64,000 nt of DNA from an uncultured Algoriphagus sp. (GCF_963974835.1 NZ_CAXBET010000009.1:103424-167423), one strand, 5' to 3'; positions 1 to 10,886 are shown, counted from the stretch's first letter. Notes: generated by a model from the letters alone, not told the origin. Numbers and translations are program-made.

Positions 1-3000
1 TTTGCAAGGTTTTGATTTGAGCTTCCTTTTCTTCTTTCTCCGCTCTGATTACTTCACCTGGAGTGACAGTTGGAGATCCATCTGAGGAGAGGAATGTATT
101 GACTCCAATAATTGGGTATTCTCCAGTATGTTTCAGCATCTCGTAGTGCATACTTTCCTCCTGGATTTTTCCACGCTGGTACATCGTTTCCATTGCACCT
201 AAAACTCCACCTCGTTCTGTAATTCTATCAAATTCTACATAGACAGCCTCTTCAATTAAGTCTGTCAATTCTTCGATGATAAATGCACCTTGAATAGGAT
301 TTTCATTCTTCGCTAATCCCAATTCCTTATTGATAATCAATTGAATAGCCATCGCTCTGCGAACTGAAGCTTCAGTAGGCGTAGTGATTGCCTCGTCATA
401 GGCATTCGTATGAAGAGAATTACAATTATCATAAATCGCATAAAGTGCCTGCAGCGTAGTTCTGATGTCATTAAAATCAATTTCCTGCGCATGAAGTGAG
501 CGACCGGAAGTTTGAATATGATACTTCAACATCTGCGAGCGCTCGTTTGCACCGTACTTCAATTTCATGGCTTTTGCCCAAATCCTACGCGCAACTCTTC
601 CTATAACCGCATATTCCGGGTCAATACCATTTGAGAAAAAGAAGGAAAGGTTTGGTGCAAACTGGTTGATGTCCATTCCACGGCTTACGTAATATTCAAC
701 GTAAGTAAACCCGTTAGAAAGCGTCAAAGCCAATTGTGTAATTGGATTGGCTCCTGCCTCGGCAATATGGTAGCCCGAAATGGAAACAGAATAAAAGTTA
801 CGGATACCCTGATTTATAAAATATTGCTGCACATCCCCCATCAATCTAAGTGAAAACTCTGTGGAGAAAATACAGGTATTCTGTGCCTGATCTTCTTTTA
901 AAATATCAGCCTGAACTGTCCCTCTAACTTTGGAGATTGTATCGGCTTTGATTTTTTGATAAATCTCAGCTGGTAGCACCTGATCACCTGTAACACCCAA
1001 AAGCATCAGACCTAGTCCGTTATTGCCTTCTGGAACTTTGGCATTATAGGTAGGCCTCGGAAGATTTTTAGCTTTATAGATTTGATCTATTTTCTGATTT
1101 ATCTCAGACTCGAGGCCATTTTCTTTGATATAAACTTCGCATTGTTGATCGATGGCTGCATTCATAAAGAATGCTGTCATGGTAGCTGCAGGACCATTAA
1201 TAGTCATTGACACTGAGGTCATTGGATCTACTAAATTAAAGCCAGAGTATAACTTCTTCGCATCATCTAAACAGCACACGCTCACACCAGAATTCCCTAT
1301 TTTGCCATAGATATCAGGGCGATGATCGGGGTCTTCTCCATAAAGTGTGACCGAGTCAAATGCTGTGGAAAGACGCTTGGCAGCCATGTCCTTTGATACA
1401 TAGTGAAAGCGTTTATTTGTACGCTCTGGCCCACCTTCTCCAGCAAACATACGTGTAGGATCTTCTCCTTCTCTTTTGAAAGGAAAAACCCCGGCAGTGT
1501 ATGGGAATTTTCCCGGGACATTTTCTCGTAGTCCCCATTTCAATACATCTCCCCAAGCATCATATTTAGGCAAGCAAACCTTTGGAATTCTGGAATCAGA
1601 AAGTGAAGTTGAATAAGTTTTAATCTTGATCTCCTTATCGCGCACTTTGAAAACATAAAAGTCCTCACTGTATTTTGCAGCTTCTGAAGGCCATTCCTCA
1701 AGCCATTTTTTGTTCTTTGGGTCAAACTCAAGCTCTACCTGTGCATACACTTCCTGAAGTTCTTTGATCAAACGATCCTTGTCCTCCACTTTGGTGTTTT
1801 CAATTGCTTCAATAGACTTGGTAATGCTATACAATTGCTGAGCAATTTCTTTTTGCTCCTCCACCCATACATCGTAATTTCTATTGATTTCCGAGATCTC
1901 CGACAGGTATCTGGTTCTAGCAGGTGGAATAATGTAGATTTTCTCAGAGTTGCCGGCAGTCAGTTCAAAGTCACTTTTCATTTCAGGGTGACTCTCTGCT
2001 ATTTTAGAAATCAGTGTACGATACAAATGATTCATGCCAGGATCATTGAACTGAGAGGCTATGGTTCCAAAAACAGGTAAATCCTCATCCTTGGCTTCCC
2101 AGAGGTTATGATTTCTTTTGAACTGCTTCTTCACGTCACGGATCGCATCCAAAGCTCCTCGTTTATCAAACTTATTCAGCGCAATAACATCGGCAAAGTC
2201 GAGCATGTCGATTTTTTCGAGTTGGGACGCAGCGCCATATTCTGGAGTCATCACATAAAGAGAGAGATCTGAATGCTCAATGATCTCTGTATCTGACTGC
2301 CCAATTCCTGAAGTCTCTAAAATCACCATATCAAAACCAGCAGCCTTCACTGTATCCACTGCATCCTGCACATATCTTGAAAGCGCCAAGTTAGATTGTC
2401 TAGTGGCCAGTGAGCGCATGTAAACACGAGGATGATGAATCGCATTCATGCGAATTCTATCTCCAAGAAGGGCTCCACCTGTTTTTCGCTTAGACGGATC
2501 AACTGATATGATAGCCAGTGTTTTATCTTCGAAATCCATAATGAATCTTCGAACCAACTCATCCACTAGAGAAGACTTTCCTGCACCACCGGTTCCGGTA
2601 ATTCCAAGAATTTGAGTTTTACATTCTTTACTTTGCTCTCTTACTTTTTCCAAAAGCTGAGTGGAATTTTCAGGGAAGTTTTCAAAGGCAGAAATCGCTC
2701 GAGCGACATGCTCTTTATTATCCACACCAAGTACAAAGCCTTCCGGAAGCTCATCTCCTATTGCAAAATCACATTGACTTACCAAGTCATTAATCATTCC
2801 CTGCAATCCCATGGAGCGTCCATCATCAGGAGCATAGATTCTATTAATGCCATAATCCTGAAGTTCTTTGATCTCTTCAGGAAGTATGGTTCCTCCGCCT
2901 CCACCAAAAATCTTAACATGAGCTGCTCCTTTTTCACGGAGCAAATCATACATGTATTTAAAAAATTCCACATGACCACCTTGATATGATGTAATTGCAA

Positions 3001-3202
3001 TTGCCTGCACATCCTCTTGGATGGCGCAATCAACAATCTCCTGCACAGATCGATTATGTCCTAGATGTATCACCTCACAGCCAGTTGACTGAATGATTCG
3101 ACGCATGATATTGATCGCGGCATCGTGCCCGTCAAACAGAGACGCGGCAGTTACAATTCTAATGTGATTTTTGGGTTTATAGCTCTCAGGAATGGTTGAC
3201 AT
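1..3202 (-). CDS. icmF: Fused isobutyryl-CoA mutase / MeaI GTPase (IcmF, methylmalonyl-CoA mutase family); 3' end runs off the window
   Basis: Absent from the ORF track because no stop lies in the window. Hand translation from ATG at 3202 gives [35 protein letters not shown] (B12-binding domain). Walker [12 protein letters not shown] lies near 2580-2610. The same frame near the window start reads [22 protein letters not shown] (mutase C-terminal part). Confidence 0.93.
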   Translation of the reverse strand, partial: MSTIPESYKPKNHIRIVTAASLFDGHDAAINIMRRIIQSTGCEVIHLGHNRSVQEIVDCAIQEDVQAIAITSYQGGHVEFFKYMYDLLREKGAAHVKIFGGGGGTILPEEIKELQDYGINRIYAPDDGRSMGLQGMINDLVSQCDFAIGDELPEGFVLGVDNKEHVARAISAFENFPENSTQLLEKVREQSKECKTQILGITGTGGAGKSSLVDELVRRFIMDFEDKTLAIISVDPSKRKTGGALLGDRIRMNAIHHPRVYMRSLATRQSNLALSRYVQDAVDTVKAAGFDMVILETSGIGQSDTEIIEHSDLSLYVMTPEYGAASQLEKIDMLDFADVIALNKFDKRGALDAIRDVKKQFKRNHNLWEAKDEDLPVFGTIASQFNDPGMNHLYRTLISKIAESHPEMKSDFELTAGNSEKIYIIPPARTRYLSEISEINRNYDVWVEEQKEIAQQLYSITKSIEAIENTKVEDKDRLIKELQEVYAQVELEFDPKNKKWLEEWPSEAAKYSEDFYVFKVRDKEIKIKTYSTSLSDSRIPKVCLPKYDAWGDVLKWGLRENVPGKFPYTAGVFPFKREGEDPTRMFAGEGGPERTNKRFHYVSKDMAAKRLSTAFDSVTLYGEDPDHRPDIYGKIGNSGVSVCCLDDAKKLYSGFNLVDPMTSVSMTINGPAATMTAFFMNAAIDQQCEVYIKENGLESEINQKIDQIYKAKNLPRPTYNAKVPEGNNGLGLMLLGVTGDQVLPAEIYQKIKADTISKVRGTVQADILKEDQAQNTCIFSTEFSLRLMGDVQQYFINQGIRNFYSVSISGYHIAEAGANPITQLALTLSNGFTYVEYYVSRGMDINQFAPNLSFFFSNGIDPEYAVIGRVARRIWAKAMKLKYGANERSQMLKYHIQTSGRSLHAQEIDFNDIRTTLQALYAIYDNCNSLHTNAYDEAITTPTEASVRRAMAIQLIINKELGLAKNENPIQGAFIIEELTDLIEEAVYVEFDRITERGGVLGAMETMYQRGKIQEESMHYEMLKHTGEYPIIGVNTFLSSDGSPTVTPGEVIRAEKEEKEAQIKTLQ

Positions 3203-3276
3203 CGAGTTGAATTAACTTGGTATAGTATTATTATTCTGCAGCTAACCATGGTTTTCTAGCTAATCTGCTCAGAAGA

Positions 3277-3284
3277 CAAATATA
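3277..3284 (-). promoter_or_regulatory. Bacteroidetes sigma70 -7 box (TATATTTG) upstream of icmF
   Basis: Matches the TAnnTTTG consensus ~75 nt upstream of the icmF ATG. Confidence 0.55.
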
Positions 3285-3424
3285 ACAATTATAGGCGCTC
3301 CACTTTATCTCAACTATATTCGCGAAATATTATTTGGTGTAATAATAGAGCAAATCCGGAAATATAGATTTTGATTTATTCGGCTTCTAGTTAGTTTAGC
3401 AAAATAATCATACCCCAATAATCT

Positions 3425-4756
3425 ATGTCCTCTAAACAATATGCTTTTTTCATCTCTCTGACAGCCGCATTAGGCGGTTTTTTGTTTGGTTTTGATACCG
3501 CCGTAATTTCCGGTGCAGAGAGGGCAATACAGGAAGTTTGGCAGTTGAGTGACTGGATGCACGGACTTGCCATAGCCTCGGCACTTTATGGCACTGTGAT
3601 AGGAGCATTGTTTGGGGGAATTCCAGCTGATAAGTGGGGAAGGCAAAAGAGTCTCCTCTGGATAGGTTTATTTTATCTGATTTCAGCAGTCGGATCAGGC
3701 CTTGCATGGGATGTCACCTCTTTTACCATTTTTCGATTCATAGGAGGATTGGGAGTGGGTGCTTCTTCTGTAGTAGCCCCAATGTATATCTCAGAAATCG
3801 CCCCTGCCAAAAACCGTGGATTGCTGGTAGCACTTTATCAGTTCAATATTGTTTTCGGGATTGTGATCGCTTACGTATCCAATTACTTAATCGGGACAGC
3901 TGAAATAGCTCAGGAATGGCGATGGATGCTGGCTGTAGAGGGAGTACCTGCTTTAATTTATAGCGTTTTGATTTTCAGAATTCCTGAGAGTCCTAGATGG
4001 TTGATAGGAAAGAAAAATGACCAAGAACAAGCCAGGGCAATTTTAACACGAACAGATCCTGAAGGTGTGGATGATGCTATCCGATTAGCTATAGCAGAAG
4101 AAAAGAAAATTGATGAGAGAGGGAGCTTCAAAGCAATTTTTGCGAAGCGATTTCTTCCAACTACGATCATGGCTATCATGTTCGCATTTTTCAATCAAGT
4201 TTCAGGTATAAACGCCATCATCTATTTTGCACCAAGAGTATTCGAAATGGCAGGGATTTCCACCGAAAGTGCTTTGATCTCCACCATCGGAATTGGTATT
4301 GTGAATTTATTTGCCACATTTCTAGGGCTTTATCTGATCGATAGAATAGGAAGAAAAAAATTGATGTACATGGGTTCAATTGGATACATTATTTCCCTGT
4401 CATTAATGGCCTATAATTTCCTTGGTACGGGAATTCCTTCTTTCTGGCTGCCATACTTCGTTTTTGCTTTTATTACTTCACATGCAATAGGACAAGGTTC
4501 TGTCATTTGGGTATTTATATCCGAAATGTTTCCAAACGAGCTACGTGCTTACGGTCAATCCATCGGTTCATTCACCCATTGGATCTTGGCAGCAATTATT
4601 GCAAATGTCTTTCCGTTCTTTGCCAACCAATTTGGTCCTGGCTACATTTTCTCGTTTTTTGCAGTGATGATGGTTTGGCAATTGCTATGGGTAATGTTCA
4701 GAATGCCTGAAACTAAAGGAAGATCATTGGAAGAAATTCATCAAAATATTCATTAA
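3425..4756 (+). CDS. Sugar porter family MFS transporter (probably fructose/hexose)
   Basis: AALGGFLFGFDTAVISG, ISEIAPAKNRG, PESPRWL and PETKGRSLEEI motifs; multiple TM segments; co-oriented with a PfkB kinase. Confidence 0.93.
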   Translation: MSSKQYAFFISLTAALGGFLFGFDTAVISGAERAIQEVWQLSDWMHGLAIASALYGTVIGALFGGIPADKWGRQKSLLWIGLFYLISAVGSGLAWDVTSFTIFRFIGGLGVGASSVVAPMYISEIAPAKNRGLLVALYQFNIVFGIVIAYVSNYLIGTAEIAQEWRWMLAVEGVPALIYSVLIFRIPESPRWLIGKKNDQEQARAILTRTDPEGVDDAIRLAIAEEKKIDERGSFKAIFAKRFLPTTIMAIMFAFFNQVSGINAIIYFAPRVFEMAGISTESALISTIGIGIVNLFATFLGLYLIDRIGRKKLMYMGSIGYIISLSLMAYNFLGTGIPSFWLPYFVFAFITSHAIGQGSVIWVFISEMFPNELRAYGQSIGSFTHWILAAIIANVFPFFANQFGPGYIFSFFAVMMVWQLLWVMFRMPETKGRSLEEIHQNIH

Positions 4757-4759
4757 TCC

Positions 4760-5623
4760 ATGAAAAAAAAGGTAGTAATATTTGGTGAAATGCTTTGGGA
4801 CTGTCTTCCTTCCGGGCCTGTGCCAGGTGGAGCTCCCATGAATGTAACCCTCAATCTCCACCAACTTGGATTAGATTCAAAACTTATATCAGCTGTCGGG
4901 AATGACAGTGATGGTGAGAAGCTTATCGCATTTTTAAAAACTTTCGATCTTCCCGTAGATTTGATTCAGGTTAATGAAGAGCACGAAACATCCAAGGTAC
5001 TGGTAAATGACTCGGATCCAGAAAATATCAAATACACGATCGTGTCTCCGGTCGCATGGGATTATGTGGATTGGAATGAGGAAAATGATAATGCGGTATC
5101 CGGAGCTGAAGCTTTTGTGTTTGGCACGCTGGGAGTGAGAAATTCACATAGTCTGCAAACCTTGCTTAGACTGCTTCATCACCAAACTCTACGGATTTTC
5201 GATGTAAACTTTAGACCACCGTTTTATGATTTTGAGATAATCGAAACCTTACTCGGGTTCACAGATATTCTAAAAATCAATGAAGATGAACTGGGTATTT
5301 TTGCTGACTACTTTGACGTAAAGCCAAATGTGGAAAGTGTGTGCAATTACCTTGACACACATTATCCTATGGATTTGATTTGCGTGACGCAAGGATCCAA
5401 AGGGGCTCTAATTTATAAAGAAGGGAATATTATTTCTCATGAAGGTTATAAGGTTACAGTCGCGGATAGCATCGGAGCAGGAGATGCATTTCTCAGTGGC
5501 TTCATCAAAACTTATCTTGAAGAACAACCTCTTAAGAAAGTTCTTGATTTTGCCTGCAAACTAGGCGCATTTGTAGCCAGCAAAAAAGGAGGCACACCAA
5601 GGTATGAGATTTCTGATTTGTAA
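4760..5623 (+). CDS. PfkB family carbohydrate kinase (fructokinase-like)
   Basis: FGEMLWD, PGGAPMNV and the DSIGAGDAF PfkB signature; FDVNFR and LKINEDE. Confidence 0.92.
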   Translation: MKKKVVIFGEMLWDCLPSGPVPGGAPMNVTLNLHQLGLDSKLISAVGNDSDGEKLIAFLKTFDLPVDLIQVNEEHETSKVLVNDSDPENIKYTIVSPVAWDYVDWNEENDNAVSGAEAFVFGTLGVRNSHSLQTLLRLLHHQTLRIFDVNFRPPFYDFEIIETLLGFTDILKINEDELGIFADYFDVKPNVESVCNYLDTHYPMDLICVTQGSKGALIYKEGNIISHEGYKVTVADSIGAGDAFLSGFIKTYLEEQPLKKVLDFACKLGAFVASKKGGTPRYEISDL

Positions 5624-5701
5624 AAGTGAGAAGTCGCATTGATCAGCCTCTATGTTGAGTTCTGATAAGCGACCTGACCCCAGTAAACAGACCTCTAATT
5701 A

Positions 5702-6094
5702 TTAAAATCCTCCTTTAATCTTCTCAGCGGTTTCCGCCAATTCTTCCTTTGAAGGCTTCAACTTGGGTCTGGTGAAATTAATATCATCCATTGTTCTAAG
5801 TGGAACAAGGTGCACATGCACGTGAGGAACTTCAAGGCCGATCACAGCAACACCAATTCGTGTACATTTGATCGTTTTATCCATAGCTTTAGCCACCTGC
5901 TGCGCAAAAAGATGCAAACCAGAAAGCATTTCCGGTTCCATGTCAAAAATGTAATTGACTTCTTTCTTGGGAACCACCAGAACATGTCCTTGTACCAAAG
6001 GCATGATATCTAAAAATGCGATGTAATTTTCGTCCTCAGCCACTATGTAACCTGAGATTTCTCGGTTGATAATTTTGGTGAAAATTGAAGGCAT
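5702..6094 (-). CDS. HIT family hydrolase
   Basis: Histidine triad HVHVH in EVPHVHVHLVP; SIFTKII N-terminus. Confidence 0.93.
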   Translation of the reverse strand: MPSIFTKIINREISGYIVAEDENYIAFLDIMPLVQGHVLVVPKKEVNYIFDMEPEMLSGLHLFAQQVAKAMDKTIKCTRIGVAVIGLEVPHVHVHLVPLRTMDDINFTRPKLKPSKEELAETAEKIKGGF

Positions 6095-6105
6095 AATCGA
6101 ATAAT

Positions 6106-6130
6106 AAAAATCCCGACTAATGTCGGGATT
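6106..6130 (-). terminator. Intrinsic terminator-like hairpin between greA and the HIT gene
   Basis: AATCCCGAC-TAAT-GTCGGGATT 9-bp stem followed by a T run on the minus strand. Confidence 0.7.
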
Positions 6131-6133
6131 GAG

Positions 6134-6607
6134 TTAGAAAGTGATATCTAAAATTTCGAATTGGAGAGTTCCTGCCGGTGCTTTAACTTCAGCGATTTCC
6201 CCTATTTTTTTACCTACTAGACCTTTTCCGAAAGGTGAAGCTAAAGAAATCTTACCCGCCTTTAAGTCAGCTTCCTCTTCAGAAACTAACGTATAGCTTA
6301 CAGTCATTCCGTTTTTCACATTTTTTATTTTCACGGTAGTCAGAATACCTACCTTAGTGGTATCCAGTTGAGAACTGTCCAAAATCCGGGCATTACCCAC
6401 TACAGCTTCCAACTTTGCGATCTTCAATTCAAGGTGGCCCTGAGCATCCTTAGCTGCATCATATTCTGCATTCTCGCTTAAGTCACCTTTGTCTCTAGCT
6501 TCTGCTATTTGATTGGAAATATCCGTTCTGCCTTTTGTCTTAAGCATTTGAAGTTCGTCCTTCAATCTTTTCAGACCTTCTTCAGTATAGTATTGTATTG
6601 TTCCCAT
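6134..6607 (-). CDS. greA: Transcription elongation factor GreA
   Basis: AEARDKGDLSENAEYDAAK acidic-tip motif; ISLASPFGKGL C-terminal motif. Confidence 0.97.
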   Translation of the reverse strand: MGTIQYYTEEGLKRLKDELQMLKTKGRTDISNQIAEARDKGDLSENAEYDAAKDAQGHLELKIAKLEAVVGNARILDSSQLDTTKVGILTTVKIKNVKNGMTVSYTLVSEEEADLKAGKISLASPFGKGLVGKKIGEIAEVKAPAGTLQFEILDITF

Positions 6608-6634
6608 ATTCTACTCTTCTATTAATTAAGCCAC

Positions 6635-6670
6635 AAAAACAAAGTAACGGTCGCAAGACGTGACCGTTAC
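6635..6670 (-). terminator. Intrinsic terminator inside the greA 5' leader (putative attenuator)
   Basis: Minus strand reads GTAACGGTC-ACGTCTTGC-GACCGTTAC then TTTGTTTTT; lies between the -7 box and the greA ATG. Confidence 0.7.
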
Positions 6671-6696
6671 CTTGTTGTTAGCTTGTATTTGAACTA

Positions 6697-6704
6697 CAAA
6701 GATA
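6697..6704 (-). promoter_or_regulatory. -7 box (TATCTTTG) of the greA promoter
   Basis: Exact TAnnTTTG consensus 90 nt upstream of greA. Confidence 0.65.
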
Positions 6705-6821
6705 ACAAAGCTTTGAAACAAAGCAAAGCAGGAATTTCATTCTTCACTAAGCATGAACCCCTTATGAAACGGCTAAAAATCAATATGCAGCAAAAAGTAA
6801 AACGATTTGGTAAACGCTAAA

Positions 6822-7532
6822 TCATTTTAGTCTAGGTTCCTTTTTAGCCGCAATCCATTCTTTCTCTCCACAAACTTCGCAAGTGATACTGTCAGGGTTT
6901 TCCGGCTTAGTTTCCCCGCAATGCTTACAGCAATAAACTCCTCCATTATGAAATGTAGTGACTGGAAAATCATAAATATCTGGTAGAATTGGTAACCCAA
7001 AAATCACCTTTTCATCAGAGTAATAGAAAATACTTAGATCTCCTGAAGTCTCCAGATAGGCGAATTCCACCTGCCCCAGATGAGATACGCTATTTTGCCT
7101 AAGCTGGGAAAATAACTCATCGTAAGCCAAAGATTCCTTCCGGAATGATTTGTAAAGGATTTTACCATTCTCTATCAATTTCACCGGTTTCCCTTCTACA
7201 AATTCTTCTACCTTCTCATATCTACCAGTCAGGTAAGTTATGAGTTTATATAGGCTGATCACAACTATGAAAACTAAAATAGCCGGAAGCAAGGCCACAT
7301 CTTCATAAAACATGGGGTCGCCAGCGGCAGATCCCAATGAGATAATAATTGCCAGTTCAAAAACAGAAAGCTGCTTGATTCCCCGCTTGCCAGACATCCT
7401 TAGTACCAAAAGCACAATAAAAAACATGACAACTGAACGCACAAAGACTTCAGCTAGGAAAGCGTAAGGAATATCTTCACCAATCAAAAGCCTCCTTGCG
7501 TCAAAAAGATTTAGAGATTCATTGGATTCCAT
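6822..7532 (-). CDS. DUF421/YetF (YcaP-like) membrane protein with C-terminal Cys cluster
   Basis: LRMSGKRGIKQLSVFELAIIISLGSAAGDPM, YLETSGDLSIF; CCKHCG...CEVCG. Confidence 0.85.
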   Translation of the reverse strand: MESNESLNLFDARRLLIGEDIPYAFLAEVFVRSVVMFFIVLLVLRMSGKRGIKQLSVFELAIIISLGSAAGDPMFYEDVALLPAILVFIVVISLYKLITYLTGRYEKVEEFVEGKPVKLIENGKILYKSFRKESLAYDELFSQLRQNSVSHLGQVEFAYLETSGDLSIFYYSDEKVIFGLPILPDIYDFPVTTFHNGGVYCCKHCGETKPENPDSITCEVCGEKEWIAAKKEPRLK

Positions 7533-7760
7533 AACGTGTAAAATATAAGTTGATATTCTCCCAGCACAACAGCTGTTTGTTATCCGAAATATAGGTTCTT
7601 TGATGTGACTTTAAACCTAAATTTTACACTATGATTTTGATTGATAGCTTTTCTTCAATTGAAATTAAACCTAACTCAAAATCCATTAAAAAATTCTTAA
7701 AAAAATTTATTTTAAATATCTGAGATCCAAAAAATCAAAGTGATTAATTGAGTATTTTAA

Positions 7761-8696
7761 TCACTGACTCTTAAAGTTTTTCTTTATTTTTTTTACCAAG
7801 ACTTTGTTGATCTTTTCATAAGATTCATATGTCCATCCTGCCACGTGTGGACTAAATAATACATTGTCTCTAGCTGCCAGTTTTTCAAATTCTTCTTTTT
7901 GCTCTGAGGTAAATTTCTGAAACTTTTCATTTTCCAATACATCCAGTAGAGCTCCTCGCAAAATACCCTCATCCAGTGCTTCATTTAATGTCTTGAAACT
8001 AATTACTTCTCCCCTAGCTGTATTGATCAGCCAGAAAGGTTTTGCAAAACTTTTTAGTTCTTTCATAGTAAAAAAGCCTTTAGTCTCTTGAGTTAGTGGT
8101 ACATGGATACTCAGAATATCCGCTTCAGCTTTTAGCTTTTCCCACATGACCTCCTGAACGAAATTATCCCCAAAATCCATCTTGTATTTGTCATAAGCGA
8201 GGATATTGACTTTAAAACCTTGCAATCTATGGGCAAAGGATTTCCCCATATTTCCATAGCCCATAATGCCTACGGTTTTTCCCATAAGTTCGTGGCCGCG
8301 ATTTCCCTCTCGGTCCCAGATGCCTTTTCTTACTTCCTGATCTGCTTTTTTAACATTGTTGAAAAGAGCCAATAACATCCCTACTGCATGCTCCGCCACG
8401 GCATCACGATTTCCTTTCGCAGCATGAAAGAGTTTAATCTCCCTTTCTGCCATGTAATCCAAGTCTATTTTATCTAGTCCAGCTCCTGCCCTTCCAATAA
8501 ATTTTAAATTTTTGGCGCGTTCTAGCAGCTCCTTGTCCATAGGAGTCTTGGAACGAATAATAAGCCCATCGTATTCAGCAACGGTTGCCAAGATTTCTTC
8601 ACGGTTGATTTTGGGCAAATAAATAACTTCATGCCCTATCTTTTGAAGCATAGGCATGATGCTTTCGTGCATTTCGTCAATGATAAGAATCTTCAT
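7761..8696 (-). CDS. D-isomer-specific 2-hydroxyacid dehydrogenase (SerA-like, no ACT domain)
   Basis: GRAGAGLDKID, GIMGYGNMG Rossmann motif, INTARG, LDVLENE, SPHVAG. Confidence 0.9.
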   Translation of the reverse strand: MKILIIDEMHESIMPMLQKIGHEVIYLPKINREEILATVAEYDGLIIRSKTPMDKELLERAKNLKFIGRAGAGLDKIDLDYMAEREIKLFHAAKGNRDAVAEHAVGMLLALFNNVKKADQEVRKGIWDREGNRGHELMGKTVGIMGYGNMGKSFAHRLQGFKVNILAYDKYKMDFGDNFVQEVMWEKLKAEADILSIHVPLTQETKGFFTMKELKSFAKPFWLINTARGEVISFKTLNEALDEGILRGALLDVLENEKFQKFTSEQKEEFEKLAARDNVLFSPHVAGWTYESYEKINKVLVKKIKKNFKSQ

Positions 8697-8710
8697 TTTT
8701 TTGAAAGGAA

Positions 8711-10078
8711 TTAAATGTTCAATAAGGACATGGCTACTAAAAAATATACCGCTAGACCAATAAGATCATTTGCTGTAGTGATAAATGGACCTGAAGCTAA
8801 AGCTGGGTTTATACCCACTTTGTCAAGAATAATCGGTGTGATAGTTCCCATAAATGATGCAAGGAGCACAACCGAAAATAAAGCGATGGAAACAACCATT
8901 GCAAAGGAAACATCAGTTTTATAGAACAGCACGACCACTCCAAAAACGAAAGTTGCCAGAATCAATCCATTTAGAATCGCTACTAAGAGCACTTTGAGAA
9001 ACCTCTTTGCTAAGGAATCATCGAAAATAGACTTACTGGCAAGTGATTGCACCACAATGGAAGAAGTTTGAATCCCAACATTTCCACCTGTCGCTGTAAT
9101 TAAAGGTATAAAAAATGCCAGTGCAGTTACCTTGCTAAGGCCTTCTTCAAAAAAGCCTATGAATCCGGCTCCCAATAAACCACCGCAAATACCAATTAAC
9201 AACCAAGGTAGTCTGGCTTTGGAGAGTTTGATTACACTGTCATATTCATCGACCGTATCCGAAATACCCGTCATCGCCTGTATATCTTCTTCAGCTTCTT
9301 CACGGATTACATCCAGAATATCATCCACTGTAATCCTACCAACCAATTTATTTTTGCTATTCACCACAGGTAGTGATTCCAAATCGTACTTACGCATGAT
9401 CTCCGCTACCTCCTCCTGATCCATATAGGTAGGTACAGAGATTACTTCCTCCTCATAGATATCCTCAATCTTTGTGTCGTCAGAAGCTAAAACTATCCGC
9501 TTCAGAGAAACAATTCCCATCAGTTGTTGCCTATTATTTACTACGAAAATGGAATAGATTTTACTTACATTTTCTGCCTGTCGCCGAATCTCATTGATCG
9601 TCTGAACAACATTCCAGTTTTTATTTGCACGAATGTATTCCTTCGCCATAATCCCCCCAGCTGTATCTTCATCATATCTTAACAGCTCGAGGATCTGATC
9701 GGATTTTACTTTATCCTGAAAGTGGCTGATGATGTCTTCCCGCTCTCTTTCCAAAAAAAGATTAAGAATATCCGCACCATCATCGGAATCCATTAACTCG
9801 ATGAGATTGGCCATTTCCTGCACTTCCAGTTCCTTCAGGACCCGGTGCTGATTGGTGGCTTCCAACTCAATAATAATATCCGCGGCTAACTGAGCATCCA
9901 ATACCCGAAGCACGAAGATGGATTCTGCCATCGACAACTCATCGAGAAGTGCTGCAATATCAGCCACATTTACCCCATCCAAAGACTCCTGAATGAAAGT
10001 CAAATCTTCTGACTCAATTGCCTCTTGCAGGCTTTCTAAGTATTCTTTCGAAAGTTCAAATTGCTTAATTATTTCCAC
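8711..10078 (-). CDS. mgtE: Magnesium transporter MgtE
   Basis: N-terminal helical domain, CBS pair (TAGGIM, GRITVDD), TM region ATGGNVGIQT and PALASGPFITTANDL. Confidence 0.96.
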   Translation of the reverse strand: MEIIKQFELSKEYLESLQEAIESEDLTFIQESLDGVNVADIAALLDELSMAESIFVLRVLDAQLAADIIIELEATNQHRVLKELEVQEMANLIELMDSDDGADILNLFLEREREDIISHFQDKVKSDQILELLRYDEDTAGGIMAKEYIRANKNWNVVQTINEIRRQAENVSKIYSIFVVNNRQQLMGIVSLKRIVLASDDTKIEDIYEEEVISVPTYMDQEEVAEIMRKYDLESLPVVNSKNKLVGRITVDDILDVIREEAEEDIQAMTGISDTVDEYDSVIKLSKARLPWLLIGICGGLLGAGFIGFFEEGLSKVTALAFFIPLITATGGNVGIQTSSIVVQSLASKSIFDDSLAKRFLKVLLVAILNGLILATFVFGVVVLFYKTDVSFAMVVSIALFSVVLLASFMGTITPIILDKVGINPALASGPFITTANDLIGLAVYFLVAMSLLNI

Positions 10079-10850
10079 GGGAAGCTTCGATAGTCTGAGT
10101 TAAAAATATAAAATCGGCCACATCCAGCTGTTCGGCTCTTAAATCCAAAATGGGATTTGAATTAAAGTCAGCAGGGAGACTAAAAGGTTTCATGCAGTTT
10201 CTGAGCGTTTTCCTCCTGTTTCCAAAACCTGCTTTTACTACCTGTTTGAAAAGCTTTTCGTTGCAATCCAATTTGTCTGTAGCATTTCTTGTAAGGCGGA
10301 TCACTCCTGAGTTGACTTTGGGAGGAGGGTCGAAAACATGTGGCGGAACAGTAAATACATATTCTATATCATAATATGCCTGTAGGAGTACTGACAATAT
10401 TCCGTAGTCTTTATTTCCTTTTGGCGAAGCTATTCGCTCAGCTACTTCCTTCTGTAGCATACAAACCACTTCAGTTACCTGATCTTTGACTTCCAATACT
10501 TTGAAGAAAATCTGGGAAGAAATATTGTATGGGAAATTTCCTGCGATGGCAAACTTATCTGGAAATGCTTCTTCAAGATTCATTTTAAGGAAATCTCCTT
10601 CAATGATCCTATCTTCCAATTCCGGATATTTTTTATGAAGGTAGACTATTGATTCTTTATCTATATCTATGAGATGCAGATCGAGATTCACTTTCAAAAG
10701 GAAATCAGTAAGCACTCCCATACCAGGACCTATTTCCAGGACTTTAGATACTCCACCATGCCCTTTGACCGCTTGAGCTATTTGCTCCGCAATACCCAAA
10801 TCGGTCAAAAAATGCTGTCCCAAGTGTTTCTTGGCTTTGACCTTTTCCAT
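10065..10850 (-). CDS. rsmA: 16S rRNA m6,2A1518/1519 dimethyltransferase RsmA (KsgA)
   Basis: KKHLGQHFL, LEIGPGMG, GNFPYNIS, PPPKVNS. Confidence 0.97.
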   Translation of the reverse strand: MEKVKAKKHLGQHFLTDLGIAEQIAQAVKGHGGVSKVLEIGPGMGVLTDFLLKVNLDLHLIDIDKESIVYLHKKYPELEDRIIEGDFLKMNLEEAFPDKFAIAGNFPYNISSQIFFKVLEVKDQVTEVVCMLQKEVAERIASPKGNKDYGILSVLLQAYYDIEYVFTVPPHVFDPPPKVNSGVIRLTRNATDKLDCNEKLFKQVVKAGFGNRRKTLRNCMKPFSLPADFNSNPILDLRAEQLDVADFIFLTQTIEASRGNN

Positions 10851-10886
10851 CGACTAGCTCAGATAATTTTTTATAAATTGCGAAAT

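Noticed and set aside
1297-3036. Short ORFs in the track over the first 3 kb, plus the many antisense or alternate-frame ORFs across the window
   Set aside because: They overlap well-supported long genes such as icmF and show no recognisable motifs, so they are treated as shadow ORFs.
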